The notes below the pieces were generated by a model, which worked only from the letters and a program-made list of their open reading frames with translations, did no database searches and was not told the origin of the DNA. This document shows, in pieces, positions 9,347-19,500 of a stretch of DNA of 64,000 nt. The DNA comes from an uncultured Holophaga sp. (GTDB lineage: Bacteria; Acidobacteriota; Holophagae; Holophagales; Holophagaceae), in the NCBI GenBank assembly GCA_963664825.1, contig OY761614.1:2880001-2944000 (forward strand), in the 5' to 3' direction. How positions within the stretch are numbered: position 1 is the stretch's first letter; every line of letters begins with the position of its first letter. Position numbers and translations under genes: made by a program.

Positions 9347-11041
9347 TCAGCTTCTTGAATCCATTTCCGGGGGAGGCGGGAGGACCGGGATGCGCAGGCG
9401 GATGGTGGTGCCCCGCTGGGGTTGGCTATCGACGGCGATATCCCAGCCCATTCTCGAGACGAATTGGAAGGCGATGCTCATTCCCAGTCCCGTGCCTTCA
9501 TCGAAGCCGCTGGAAAAGGGCAGGAAGATGGTCCGCAGCTGTTCGGGCCCCATGCCGCAGCCATTATCCGAGATCTCTCCGATCACCCAGGCCTGTTCCT
9601 GGCGGAAATCCAATCTGAGGACGGGGGCGGTCTGGGTCTGGAGGGCCTTGCGGGCGTTGCTCAGCAGATTGCCGAAGACCTGATGGGCGCAGACGGGATC
9701 TCCCTGGATCCAGAGTTGGGGGAGCCCCTCGATGTGGAGGGGGAGCGCCTCGTTCCGGGGGTCGATCTCGAAGCTGGCCCTCATCTCATCGACCAGGGCG
9801 GGTAGCCACAGGGGCTGGAGCCGGACGGGTCGGGGCTTGCTGAAATCCAGGAAGCCCGAGACCAGATCGTTCACCCGCTCCGATTCCCGGCGCAGGATGC
9901 CCAGCACCCGCGCCATCATGGGAGGGGGCTGCTCCCCCTGCTTCAGGATCTGGACGCAGCCCATGATCGAGGCGAGGGGGTTTCGCAGTTCGTGGGCCAG
10001 TTCCGAGGACAGCTCACCGACGGCGGCGAGGCGCTCGCTCAGGCGGGTCCTCTCCTCCAGGGCCTTCAGCTCGGTGAGATCCTGGAAGAGCAGGAGGTGA
10101 CCCGTCTGGACGCCTCCGGCATCCCGCAGGGGGGCGACATTGCCCCCCACGATGCGGGGCTCGCCCGCAGGGGAGGTGAATCCGCGTTCGAAGCGCTGTT
10201 CCTTGGGCAGGTTCCCGTGCAGGGTGAGATCGACGATATCGAGCTGGTCGAATTCGGTCCCGGGCACGAGCTCCCGCTGGAGGATCAGTTCGGCCGCAGG
10301 GTTGGCCGAGGTGATTCTCCCCTCCAGGTCCGTGGTGATGAGGCCCGAGAACATCGATTCGAACACGCGACGATAGAGATTGGAGAGGGCATCGACGGTG
10401 GCTTCGGACTGGGAGAGGGTGCGGCGTAGGGTCTCGAGGTGCTTCCGGATGAGCACCACCACCAGGGTGGCCGAGAAGATCTGAAGCGAGGCGAATCCGA
10501 GGATGAAGGTGCGCTGGGCCGCTTCCGGATCCAGATCGGGACCCGAGTGGCCGAAGGGAGGTAGGGCGCCCGAGGTGAAGAGCAATACCGTCGCGATGTG
10601 GGCGAGGGCGGAGATGACACCGACGCCTACGATCTCCGGGATCTGGAGATAGAACGCCGAGGCCAGCACCGGGAAGATATAGACGGTGGCGAAGCGCTCC
10701 TGGTCCACCCCCTGGAAGGAAATGATGAAGGCCACCAGCAGGATATCGAGCAGGAGATTGAAGCGGATCCATCCGAGGCTGGGTGTGGCGAAAGGCTGTT
10801 TCTGGAGGCGGATGGATCTCGAGACCTCCCAGGCGCTCTCGGCGAAGAAACATGCGAGGCCGACGAGATAGAGTGCCTCTCCCACGGGTGGGCGTGCCGG
10901 GTCCAAGGGCAGTGCCAAGTGCAGGACTGCAAGCCCGAAGGCGGTGGCAAAGCGGAAGGCCAGAGGCAGGAAAGGGGCCCCGGAAACCGCTGCGGCCCGG
11001 GGCACTGGAAGTTCGGAATGCATGGAACCAGGATGCCCCAA
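9347..11041 (-). CDS. Membrane PAS sensor histidine kinase (PilS-like)
   Basis: N-terminal TMs, PAS, LAHELRNPL H-box, NLLSNA, DNGCG, GTGLGM. Confidence 0.88.
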   Translation of the reverse strand: MGHPGSMHSELPVPRAAAVSGAPFLPLAFRFATAFGLAVLHLALPLDPARPPVGEALYLVGLACFFAESAWEVSRSIRLQKQPFATPSLGWIRFNLLLDILLVAFIISFQGVDQERFATVYIFPVLASAFYLQIPEIVGVGVISALAHIATVLLFTSGALPPFGHSGPDLDPEAAQRTFILGFASLQIFSATLVVVLIRKHLETLRRTLSQSEATVDALSNLYRRVFESMFSGLITTDLEGRITSANPAAELILQRELVPGTEFDQLDIVDLTLHGNLPKEQRFERGFTSPAGEPRIVGGNVAPLRDAGGVQTGHLLLFQDLTELKALEERTRLSERLAAVGELSSELAHELRNPLASIMGCVQILKQGEQPPPMMARVLGILRRESERVNDLVSGFLDFSKPRPVRLQPLWLPALVDEMRASFEIDPRNEALPLHIEGLPQLWIQGDPVCAHQVFGNLLSNARKALQTQTAPVLRLDFRQEQAWVIGEISDNGCGMGPEQLRTIFLPFSSGFDEGTGLGMSIAFQFVSRMGWDIAVDSQPQRGTTIRLRIPVLPPPPEMDSRS

Positions 11042-11115
11042 GCGCCGATCCTGTCCAGCTTTGGTCCCCTCGAGAAGGGGGGGGCAAGGCGGTGGCCCAG
11101 GGTGGAAATCGGGGC

Positions 11116-11143
11116 TTGACGCCTTCCTGTTCGATGGTAATAT
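11116..11143 (+). promoter_or_regulatory. sigma70-type promoter of tRNA-Gly/Cys pair
   Basis: TTGACG-16 bp-TAATAT with extended -10 TG, 11 bp before the tRNA. Confidence 0.7.
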
Positions 11144-11154
11144 CTAATTTCCAC

Positions 11155-11229
<75 letters not shown>

Positions 11230-11272
11230 AACACTGAGCCGCTTTACGCGGCTCATGTTATTTTTAAAGCAC

Positions 11273-11347
11273 GGCGCCGTAGCCAAGTGGTAAGGCAGCA
11301 GACTGCAAATCTGCTATTCCTCGGTTCGATTCCGAGCGGCGCCTCCA
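11273..11347 (+). tRNA. tRNA-Cys(GCA), island integration site
   Basis: GCAGA-CT-GCA-AA-TCTGC anticodon arm, GGTTCGATTCC, CCA end. Confidence 0.97.
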
Positions 11348-11362
11348 ATCAAATCAGCATTT

Positions 11363-11389
11363 AGGGCCACCCGTTCGGGTGGCCCTTTT
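11363..11389 (+). terminator. Intrinsic terminator after tRNA-Cys
   Basis: AGGGCCACCC-GTTC-GGGTGGCCCT followed by TTT. Confidence 0.8.
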
Positions 11390-11449
11390 CTATCCGGTAC
11401 ACCACTAGGTACACCGTACATAGGTGAAGGTGATGCGGCGTAGTGCGGA

Positions 11450-13196
11450 TTCCTTCGCCACTTCATCGTCTTCGAGGACGATGGCAAGGGGACTCCCATC
11501 AAGAAGTTGGCGGGCTACCACCAGTTCCACGCCGTGAACCGCGCCCTGGAGGAGACCGCCCGTGCGGCACAGGAGGGCGGCGACCGGCGCGTGGGGGTGG
11601 TGTGGCACACCCAGGGGTCGGGCAAGAGCCTGACCATGGCCTTCTACGCGGGACGCCTGATCCTCGAAGTCACTGCTGGCATCGCGGAACCTCTTGGCCA
11701 GAGCCTCCCGGCGGGGCTTATTCCGGATGTGGAGCTGCCATTCCGTTTCCGGGGCAGACCCGGTCATGACCACCTTCAAGGCGCCCTTGTCGTCGTCCTT
11801 GTGGTGCCATTCTGGGGGCAGCTTCACCAGCTCGTCGTAGAGCCCCACACAAATCCGGCGACTCATGCAGACGATCATGGCCTTGCCACTCAGGGCCTCT
11901 TGGCGAGCGTCGAAGTGGGCCAGAAGATCCTTGGCGATGAGGCCCAGACGCTTCGGAGTGCCCACCAGTGCTTCAAGCGCGACCCACTTGGTCTTCAGCC
12001 GCTCCTTGGTGCTGTCCTCCTCACCTTCCGTGACCTCCTCGAACTCCGCATCCAGCTTGGGCCGCTCCTCCTCGTCCAGCTCCAGCTGGGCCAAGCGGCT
12101 CTCGTAGTAGATGGGAACCGTGGCGCCATCCTCCACCGCCCGCTGGATGTCGTAGACGCTGATGTAGTCGCCAAACACGCTTCGGGTGGCGACCTACACC
12201 CAGAGCGGCGGCAAGGGCAGGCCCACCTTGGACATCAACGAAGCGCTCTCGGTCTTCCTGCGGGAGCACGATACGTGCTGCGAGTTCTTCCGGGGCTTTC
12301 ACTGGGGGCTCTGGAAGGACGGCACTCCAGGCCAGCGGTTGGCACTGCTGCCGCCCGCCCAGGAACACATCCTGGCCCAGACGGATGGGAAGGTCCGGTT
12401 CGCCAACGCGGTGCTGGCTCTCTCCAAGGCCTTCGCTCTCGCTTGCAGCCATGAGGAAGCCAAGGATCTCCGGGTGGATCTGGCCTTCTTCCAGGCCGTG
12501 AGGGCTGCTCTCGTGAAATCGGGCGGTGGCGGTGGAAAGACCGAGGAGGAGCTGGAACACGCGATCCGACAGCTGGTGTCCAAGGCCGTATCTCCTCGTG
12601 AGGTGGTGGATATCTTCCAGGCCGCAGGACTCCAGAAGCCGAACATCTCCGTCCTCTCCGACGAGTTCCTGGCCGAGGTAAAAGGCCTGAAGCACAAGAA
12701 CCTGGCCCTGGAGCTGCTGCGCAAGCTCCTGAACGAAGAGATCAAGGTCCGCGGGAAGAAGAACGTGGTGCAGGCCCGTTCGTTCGGGGACCTGCTGGAG
12801 CGCAGCCTCAAGGCCTACCAGAACCGGGCCATCGAGGCCGCCCAGGTGATTGAGGAGCTGATCGACCTGGCCAAGCAGCTTCGGGCTGCCCATCAGCGCG
12901 GCGAGGAGCTAGGGCTCACCGAGGACGAGCTGGCCTTCTACGACGCCCTGGAGACCAACGACAGCGCCGTGAAGGTGCTGGGGGACGAGACGCTCCGCCT
13001 GATCGCCCGGGAGCTGTTGAAGGCTGTGAAGGCGAACGTGAACATCGACTGGACCGTGAAGGAGAGCGCCCGAGCCAAGCTCCGATCCATCGTAAAGCGC
13101 ATCCTGCGCCGCCACGGGTATCCGCCAGACAAGCAGGAGAAGGCGACCTTCACCGTGCTGGAGCAGGCAGAAGCGATCGCTGGCAACGGTGACTAG
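11450..13196. pseudogene. hsdR: Type I restriction endonuclease subunit R, three fragments with the middle one inverted
   Basis: +11450-11668 ([19 protein letters not shown]); -11666-12187 ([25 protein letters not shown]); +12188-13196 (C-terminal region, IDW..KESARAK..YGYPPD-like); DEAH and motif V/VI regions absent. Confidence 0.88.
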
Positions 13197-13232
13197 CATT
13201 GCAATTCCATTTGGAATTTGATGGTTCGGCTT

Positions 13233-14753
13233 GTATGCGTTCAGGCTCTTTCGCGAGTCGGATGAGCCATTAGGTTGTACTTTGCGTTCCGATCGGTCAG
13301 TCTTTGGGGAATGAGCGAGAACGAGCGGCGACTGATCTCCGAGAACGAGGCCTTGAAGGCGGCCGTGGAGCAGCTTCTCGCGCGGGTTGCAGATCTGGAA
13401 GCCAGGCTCAACCAGAACTCGGGCAACAGCTCGAAGCCGCCCAGTTCGGATGCAGGACGAAAGCGTAAGCCACCTGCGGCGCCCAGCGGACGGAGGCGTG
13501 GTGGCCAGCCAGGGCACGAGGGGAAGACGCGTGAGTTGGCGCCACCCGAGGCGGTCGACGAGGTGCAGGAGGTGGATCCCGAGGCCTGCGAACGCTGCGG
13601 GGAGTCGCTGGAAGCAGCGCCTCGGCGGGACGCCATCATCCGCCAGTTCTGCGAGTCGCCGGCCTTCAAGGCTCTGATCCTGGAGCTTCGGCAGTGGTCC
13701 AAGGCCTGCCCGCGATGTGGCCATGTCACCCGTGCAGCGGCGCCTGCGGGGACGCCGAAAGGGGCCTTCGGTCCGCGGCTCCAGGCACTCACAGGGGTGC
13801 TCTCGGGGCGATTCCGCATGACCAAGTGGGAGATCGTCGTCATGCACCGCTCCGTGTTCGGTGTGCGCATGTCGCTGGGCTCTGTTGCGGCCTGCTGCAA
13901 GGCGGTGAGCGAGGCCGTGGCGCCGACGGCCGAGGCCATTCACGCGGAGTTGAAGGCTGCGTCCGTAGTCCATGCCGACGAGACGGGCTTCGGTCGCTGC
14001 GGCGAGAACCGGATGTGGCTGTGGGTGGCCGCGACGCGGGATGCCGAGGCCTTCCGCCTTCTCCCTGGGCGCGGGCGCGACCAGGCGAAGGATCTGCTGG
14101 GGGAGAACTTCGGCGGCGTCCTCCACCGCGACCGATGGAAGCCCTACGAAGTGATCGGGACAGCACTCCACCAGCTTTGCCACAGCCACATCCGCAGGGA
14201 CATCCAGGCGATGCTGGAAAGCCAGGGAGAGACCGGAACTCAGGGCTGCATGCTAAAGCTGGCCAGCGATCGGGCCTTCCATCTGTGGCATCAGTGGGAG
14301 CACGGCGAGATCAGCCGGGAGGCGTTGCTGGCTGGGACCAAGCCGATATGGGCCGAGATGCGGGAGCGGTTCGAGATCCTCCTCCGACATCCCGACACGA
14401 CCCGGAAGGCGCGGGGCACAGCCAAGGATCTGCTCCGACAGTGGGACCGCCTGTGGACCTACCTGGAGCACGAGAAGGCGGTGCCCACGAACAACGAGGC
14501 CGAGCGGGCGATCCGCAAGGCGGTGCTCTGGCGAAAGGTGAGCCTGGGCGTGGAGAGCGAACATGGCGCTCGGTTCGTGGAGCGGATGCTGACCCTGGCC
14601 GGGACCGCCCGGAAGCGCGGCATCGATCTGCTCGAATGGCTTGCCCTGGCCATGACCGCCAGCCTTGCCAAGGCATTCGCCCCAGCATTCCGAACCTGAT
14701 CCCCTCCGGTCACGTCATCGCCCCCGCCGTCAGCACGGGGGCTGAACGCTTAC
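13233..14753 (+). mobile_element. IS66-family element (single-ORF type)
   Basis: TIRs GTATGCGTTCAG / CTGAACGCTTAC; flanking duplication GTTCGGCTT (13224-13232, 14754-14762). Confidence 0.92.
13311..14699 (+). CDS. IS66 transposase
   Basis: NSGNSSKPPSSD, zinc ribbon, HADETG, QLCHSHIRRD, PTNNEAERAIR. Confidence 0.93.
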   Translation: MSENERRLISENEALKAAVEQLLARVADLEARLNQNSGNSSKPPSSDAGRKRKPPAAPSGRRRGGQPGHEGKTRELAPPEAVDEVQEVDPEACERCGESLEAAPRRDAIIRQFCESPAFKALILELRQWSKACPRCGHVTRAAAPAGTPKGAFGPRLQALTGVLSGRFRMTKWEIVVMHRSVFGVRMSLGSVAACCKAVSEAVAPTAEAIHAELKAASVVHADETGFGRCGENRMWLWVAATRDAEAFRLLPGRGRDQAKDLLGENFGGVLHRDRWKPYEVIGTALHQLCHSHIRRDIQAMLESQGETGTQGCMLKLASDRAFHLWHQWEHGEISREALLAGTKPIWAEMRERFEILLRHPDTTRKARGTAKDLLRQWDRLWTYLEHEKAVPTNNEAERAIRKAVLWRKVSLGVESEHGARFVERMLTLAGTARKRGIDLLEWLALAMTASLAKAFAPAFRT

Positions 14754-15130
14754 GTTCGGCTTAAGGGAAGCGTCCCCGAGGACAGCCCTTGCGTGGAGGG
14801 CGGCGAGCCCTACGCTTGCCTCCCGGCCAGGGGTGCACCCCTGGCCGGCGAGCGTAGCGGTGAGCGCCTGGGGGACCCGCTGGGGCCACGCCGCCGCTTG
14901 CGGCGGATGGGGCGGGTCGCCCAGGCGCGGGGCGAAGTCCACCCGGAGCGCAAGGGCTCCCGGAGGGGTACCTCCCTGAGGCCTGCAAAGGAAGGAATGG
15001 GACCCCGAAAAGACTCGGCCCCGATTTCAACGAACTGGTCAGAGAGGTTGGTATTGCATATCGGCGCATTGCACCTATATTGATTTCAAGCGATTGCTGG
15101 ATCCACGGTCAATCGTTCACGGATGCGCCC

Positions 15131-15781
15131 ATGCCCCGACCTATGACCCTCCCTTCTCCTTGGAACCAGCTCGCGACCAAGCTGGGGGGTGTTGCTGCAT
15201 TGGCGAAGGCTTTCGGGACCGTGCCGCGGACAGTCAATGACTGGGTACATGGCAATCGAGTGCCGCGCGGCCCGGCCTGGCTTCTGATCCAGAAGGTCTT
15301 CCGCGAACATGGGCTCCAGCCACCTGAGCGTTCCAGCTCCGTGAAAGAGCGCACTGGGATAGATCCGAAGCGCTTCTTGGAAGAAGTGGCTGCTGGTCTT
15401 TCGGAGTATCGCGCCGTGTTCGAATCCCGAGCGGGTGATGCCCCTCCGTTTGCAGCCCAAATCCGGGTTTCGGATGCCCTCGCCCGCGCCGAGGCAGCGG
15501 GGATCGCTATTGAGAGGGCTGCCTATGCCGCGGCACTCTCCCTGACTCAGGAAGGGGAAGGGGAGGCTATCCAGGAGGCGCAATCACGATGTAAAGCGCT
15601 TCTGGCCACTCTTGGGGAGCCAATGGATGTCCTTCTGACAAGGCTCTCTCACGAAACGGGGCCTGGCGACTCCCTTATGGCCCATGCCATCCAGAGTCTT
15701 CAGTCGCACCGAGCTGAGGCTCTGGGAGCTCTTCGCGAAGTAGGCAATCAGCTAATTCCTGGGCGACGCGGTGCTGATTGA
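15131..15781 (+). CDS. Cro-like HTH protein with C-terminal extension
   Basis: LGGVAALAKAFGTVPRTVNDWVHGNRVP helix-turn-helix pattern. Confidence 0.55.
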   Translation: MPRPMTLPSPWNQLATKLGGVAALAKAFGTVPRTVNDWVHGNRVPRGPAWLLIQKVFREHGLQPPERSSSVKERTGIDPKRFLEEVAAGLSEYRAVFESRAGDAPPFAAQIRVSDALARAEAAGIAIERAAYAAALSLTQEGEGEAIQEAQSRCKALLATLGEPMDVLLTRLSHETGPGDSLMAHAIQSLQSHRAEALGALREVGNQLIPGRRGAD

Positions 15782-15843
15782 CCCTTCCATCCGCATTAAC
15801 CTCCTTCCAATTCTCTCTTCCATGGCCTTCTCGGATCGTCCCC

Positions 15844-16137
15844 ATGCGCCTGGTCTGCCTCTTCGACACCCACGGTCTTCATTACTTCATCACCATTCCA
15901 GAGGGTGATCTCTTGATCCATGCCGGCGACTCATGCAATGCGGGCTCTGAAGGGGAGGTGCGCAAGTTCGCCAAGTGGCTCAGGCATCCTCCTCACCGCC
16001 GGAAGGTGGTCATCGCGGGCAACCACGACTGGTTCTTTCAGAGACGGCCCCTGCGCGCTAGGGCCTACCTGGAGCCTGAGGCGATCTACCTGCAGGACTC
16101 GGGATGCGAGATCGGTGGAGTGAGGCTCTGGGGATCG
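15844..16137 (+). pseudogene. Calcineurin-like metallophosphoesterase, C-terminally truncated
   Basis: DTHG, IHAGD, IAGNHD motifs; breaks after LWGS into IS66 sequence. Confidence 0.8.
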
Positions 16138-16393
16138 TCATCCTCAAGCGGATCTTTCAGCGGCTGCCCAGCGTCGAAGGGAAACGGTTCTTCGAGCGCC
16201 TCCTCAGCTTGGGCGCCACAGCCAGAATTCGAGGCGTGGCCTACTACGACTGGCTGCTCAAGGCCCTCCGCGCCGCCAAGCTGGTCCAGCCGCTGCCGGC
16301 CCTCGAACCCGCCTGACGCCGCCTCCTGAAGACCTGCAGCAGCCTGGACAGGTCGGCCTACGGCCTACATGCACCCGGGGGGTGAATCGATAC
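16135..16393 (+). mobile_element. IS66 3'-end remnant (paralogue of 26199-27826)
   Basis: Encodes VILKRIFQRLPS..GKRFFERLLSLG..LPALEPA* as in 26290-27717; ends in TIR GGGGGTGAATCGATAC. Confidence 0.88.
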
Positions 16394-16401
16394 AGAGAAT
16401 T

Positions 16402-16433
16402 GGTCAGCGTGTGATGTAGATCACACGCTGACC
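16402..16433. promoter_or_regulatory. 14-bp inverted repeat containing a CRP/FNR-family-like TGTGA-N6-TCACA site
   Basis: GGTCAGCGTGTGAT-GTAG-ATCACACGCTGACC, ~110 bp upstream of rhs. Confidence 0.55.
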
Positions 16434-16541
16434 GTCGTGAGAATTTTTATTTGGAACCAGTCGGGGGAGGGCATTTAAACTGATTATTGTAAATCGAGTG
16501 GCGCTGAAAAATGCTAGCGTCAGCAATTATATATTAATGGG

Positions 16542-19500
16542 ATGATTATGCGTCGTGCTCTATTTGCTCTCTGTCTTTCTCTAAGCGAATTAGGAACAGG
16601 ATCTCTGGTAGCTCAGAGCTATCACAACTCGTTCTCGCCGGTGAATTACGACAGATCAAGGGGCCCAAGCGTTCTTAAAGGGGGTGTTGATGTAGATGCC
16701 GCTACCGGCGCTGTTTCTGTCGAGATTCCACTGGGCCCTGGCATAGGTGCACGAGGCGCACAATTTTGTCCCACCATTCGGGGGCGACATGCCGTCTATC
16801 AAGAACAAGCAAGGATAGGCCCATCCGCTGGGAATATTCACTATTTACCTAGTGGCTGTTTTGGGATAGCCCCAGGAAGCCTTCGCCTATCTGGAGGGTA
16901 TTATTTTGGAAGCTATGATGGACCACAAGGAGAATCTGAACATTTTGGTGTGATTAATGATAAAATTACCGATACACAATTAATTCTACAAAATTTTGGG
17001 TATTCAAATGGAACAGTTGTTTCTAAGCCTACCCAAACTGGAGACTCTAAGGGTAGACCTGGATACAGGCCAAGCGATGGACTTGCCGTTACTGACTCAG
17101 GTGCGCTTGTCATTCCACTGAGCCATCCTACGGAATTTCCTCCGCTCCAATTGACTGCACCCGTTGTGGAGGGGTATTCCCAAGCAATGTATAGCATTCC
17201 GCAACGTATATTGGTTGTAAAAGGGGATATTGGTTATGAATATGTATTTTCAAATCAGGCATGGTATATCCCTGTTGAAATGGATGATAGTGCGATTGTA
17301 GCAAACGTTCGCGCAACTGAAACAAATGTTTTTCTGCGGTGGGCTAGTGATAAAACTCCAATCGAATTTCCGCAATTGGTGTCTTTTGATAATTCCTTTT
17401 TGGCGTGGCGCGTTAATATATATCGTCCAGACCTGCTTAATGTTGCAATAGATCAAATTCAATATTCGTTAAGCCGTATTCTAAACAGGTTTGGTGAATA
17501 CATCCAATTTGATTATGGCACAAGATCAACTGGGCTTGATTATATGGCTGAATGGTTTCGGGATGGAAAATCGACAAACATAAAAATAAAACAAGAATAT
17601 ATTTCTCAAACGAGCGGTTCAAATTGGTGGGATACTCAGTATCAGGTGCGTCTGTCTTATGAAGGAGTTGAACATACAAGCTATTTGATAAACTTGGGGT
17701 TACAGAACTCATCTGCGGAAATTCGAACGGAAAAGTGGTGGGATAACATTTGGCATGGGTTTATTCCTTTGGGACGGTCTACGGCTGAGTCTGTATCTAC
17801 AATTGCGCCGATGATTAATAATAAAATTATAAGCGTTGTGCCGGAGTCTGCGCCTTCTGAAGCTATCGAATTCACATGGGAGTATCTGCCTATTAGTGAT
17901 GAGCTACGCACTGTGCCAGTGCGTCTTACAAAGGTCACTTCACCCGGTCGAGAAGTAAGCCTTTCTTGGGAAGCTTATGAATACATGCCGACAATGATGG
18001 GTGATTTTGGGTGGTGGATATTTACCAATTCGTACATAAAAGACCCCCTTGGTGCTCCAAAAATATATTATGCATTTGGTGTAAAACAATTAGATGATAA
18101 AGATACCGGAAATGGTCAAGTGCGAACAACCTCATTTATTCGTAAAGTACCTACCCCTGATTGGACGTGTAAAAGTCTATGGAAAACTACCGATTTTTAT
18201 GCGGTTGTGATCTACCCTGATCACTCTAAAACAATGTACCGTTACCTAGACGCTAAGGAGCTAACGGTACCTGCAGGGGCTCCACCTGCAGAGGGCTGTA
18301 TCCGGGCGACTGCTTTCTGGAAGAACTTCCCAATGGAGGAGCGCCATTACGGATCGCTTACGTCATGGGAATCAGATATTTCAAAGACTCCCAATAATTG
18401 TAGCGCTCAGACTGTGATATTAAGGGACAGGCTGACTCTTATATCGCCTGGAAATCCTAGCGGGATATATTCCGGCAGCAGTCAAGTCATTCCTACTCGC
18501 GTGCGAGAGCTGGATCTGTTGAATCAAAGGCTGACATCAAGTGAACTTGTAAATTGGTCTTCGACGTCCCTTGGTTGGAGGCAGCAGCGAAAATTGACTT
18601 ATATGGGAAATGGCATTCCAGATCTAACTATCGACATTTCTAGCCTTGAAGACAAAAAAGCACAACCAGCTGATCGTAATCCATTGGTGCAATGCGTAAT
18701 TGATATGGAATATAGCACGAATCTATCGCTTTGGTGGTTGGCTCGAAACATTTGGAAGCAAAGTACGATGGTGATGGATGCGACTGGCAGTACTACTAGT
18801 CCATCTGGGTTCTTGATAGCAAATAGCACAAAGACATTAGATGATCTAAATAGGGTTACGCAGGCTCAAACAGGAGCATCCTTCTTGATGTCGACCGTAT
18901 TCTCTTATGATGATCGTAAAGCGTTGCCTCAAAGCGCAATACTTCGGTCTAGTCAATCTTTTCCTCTGCTATTTAGTGGGAATATTGGATCAAAATTTGA
19001 TTACGATCAGTCATATGGATTTTTATCGACAATTCACCCATCTCTTTCAACTGCAAACCTGACGGTCAGTCAGGTCAGTGATGCTGCGAATCGTCCCACA
19101 AGCCAGGTTGGAATGGATAGCTTGTCAACGGGCATTAAATGGGATCCACTGGGGCGCCTCAATCTGATTACCCCTCCGGGTGGGGATGAGTCAACCTCAT
19201 ACACTCCTGATCCTGACGGTCTTGGGGTTGTGATTGAGAGAGGAGTAGAAAAAACGCAATTGCGATATAATGCCTATGGAGAATTGGTTCTCGAGAGAAA
19301 ATTTGATGCAGCACATGGAGTTATACACCGGGCGCTCGGATATGATTTGGCTGGTAGGAAAATCTGGGAAACTACATGGCGCAAGGGGAGTGGTGATGAG
19401 TTTGGTTGGAATAAGCCACTAGCTCCAGATGATGAGGAAACCCTTCCTTGGACCGAAGCGACTAACGAATGTGCCTCATTCGATGTTCGAATTGTAAATG

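Noticed and set aside
11666..12187. Phase-variable invertible hsd segment
   Set aside because: No flanking inverted repeats, sequence is lost at both joints, and shufflons act on hsdS rather than hsdR
11405..12454. ORFs 11405-12178(-) and 11507-12454(+) as real genes
   Set aside because: Each is a chimera of one hsdR fragment and antisense read-through across an inversion joint
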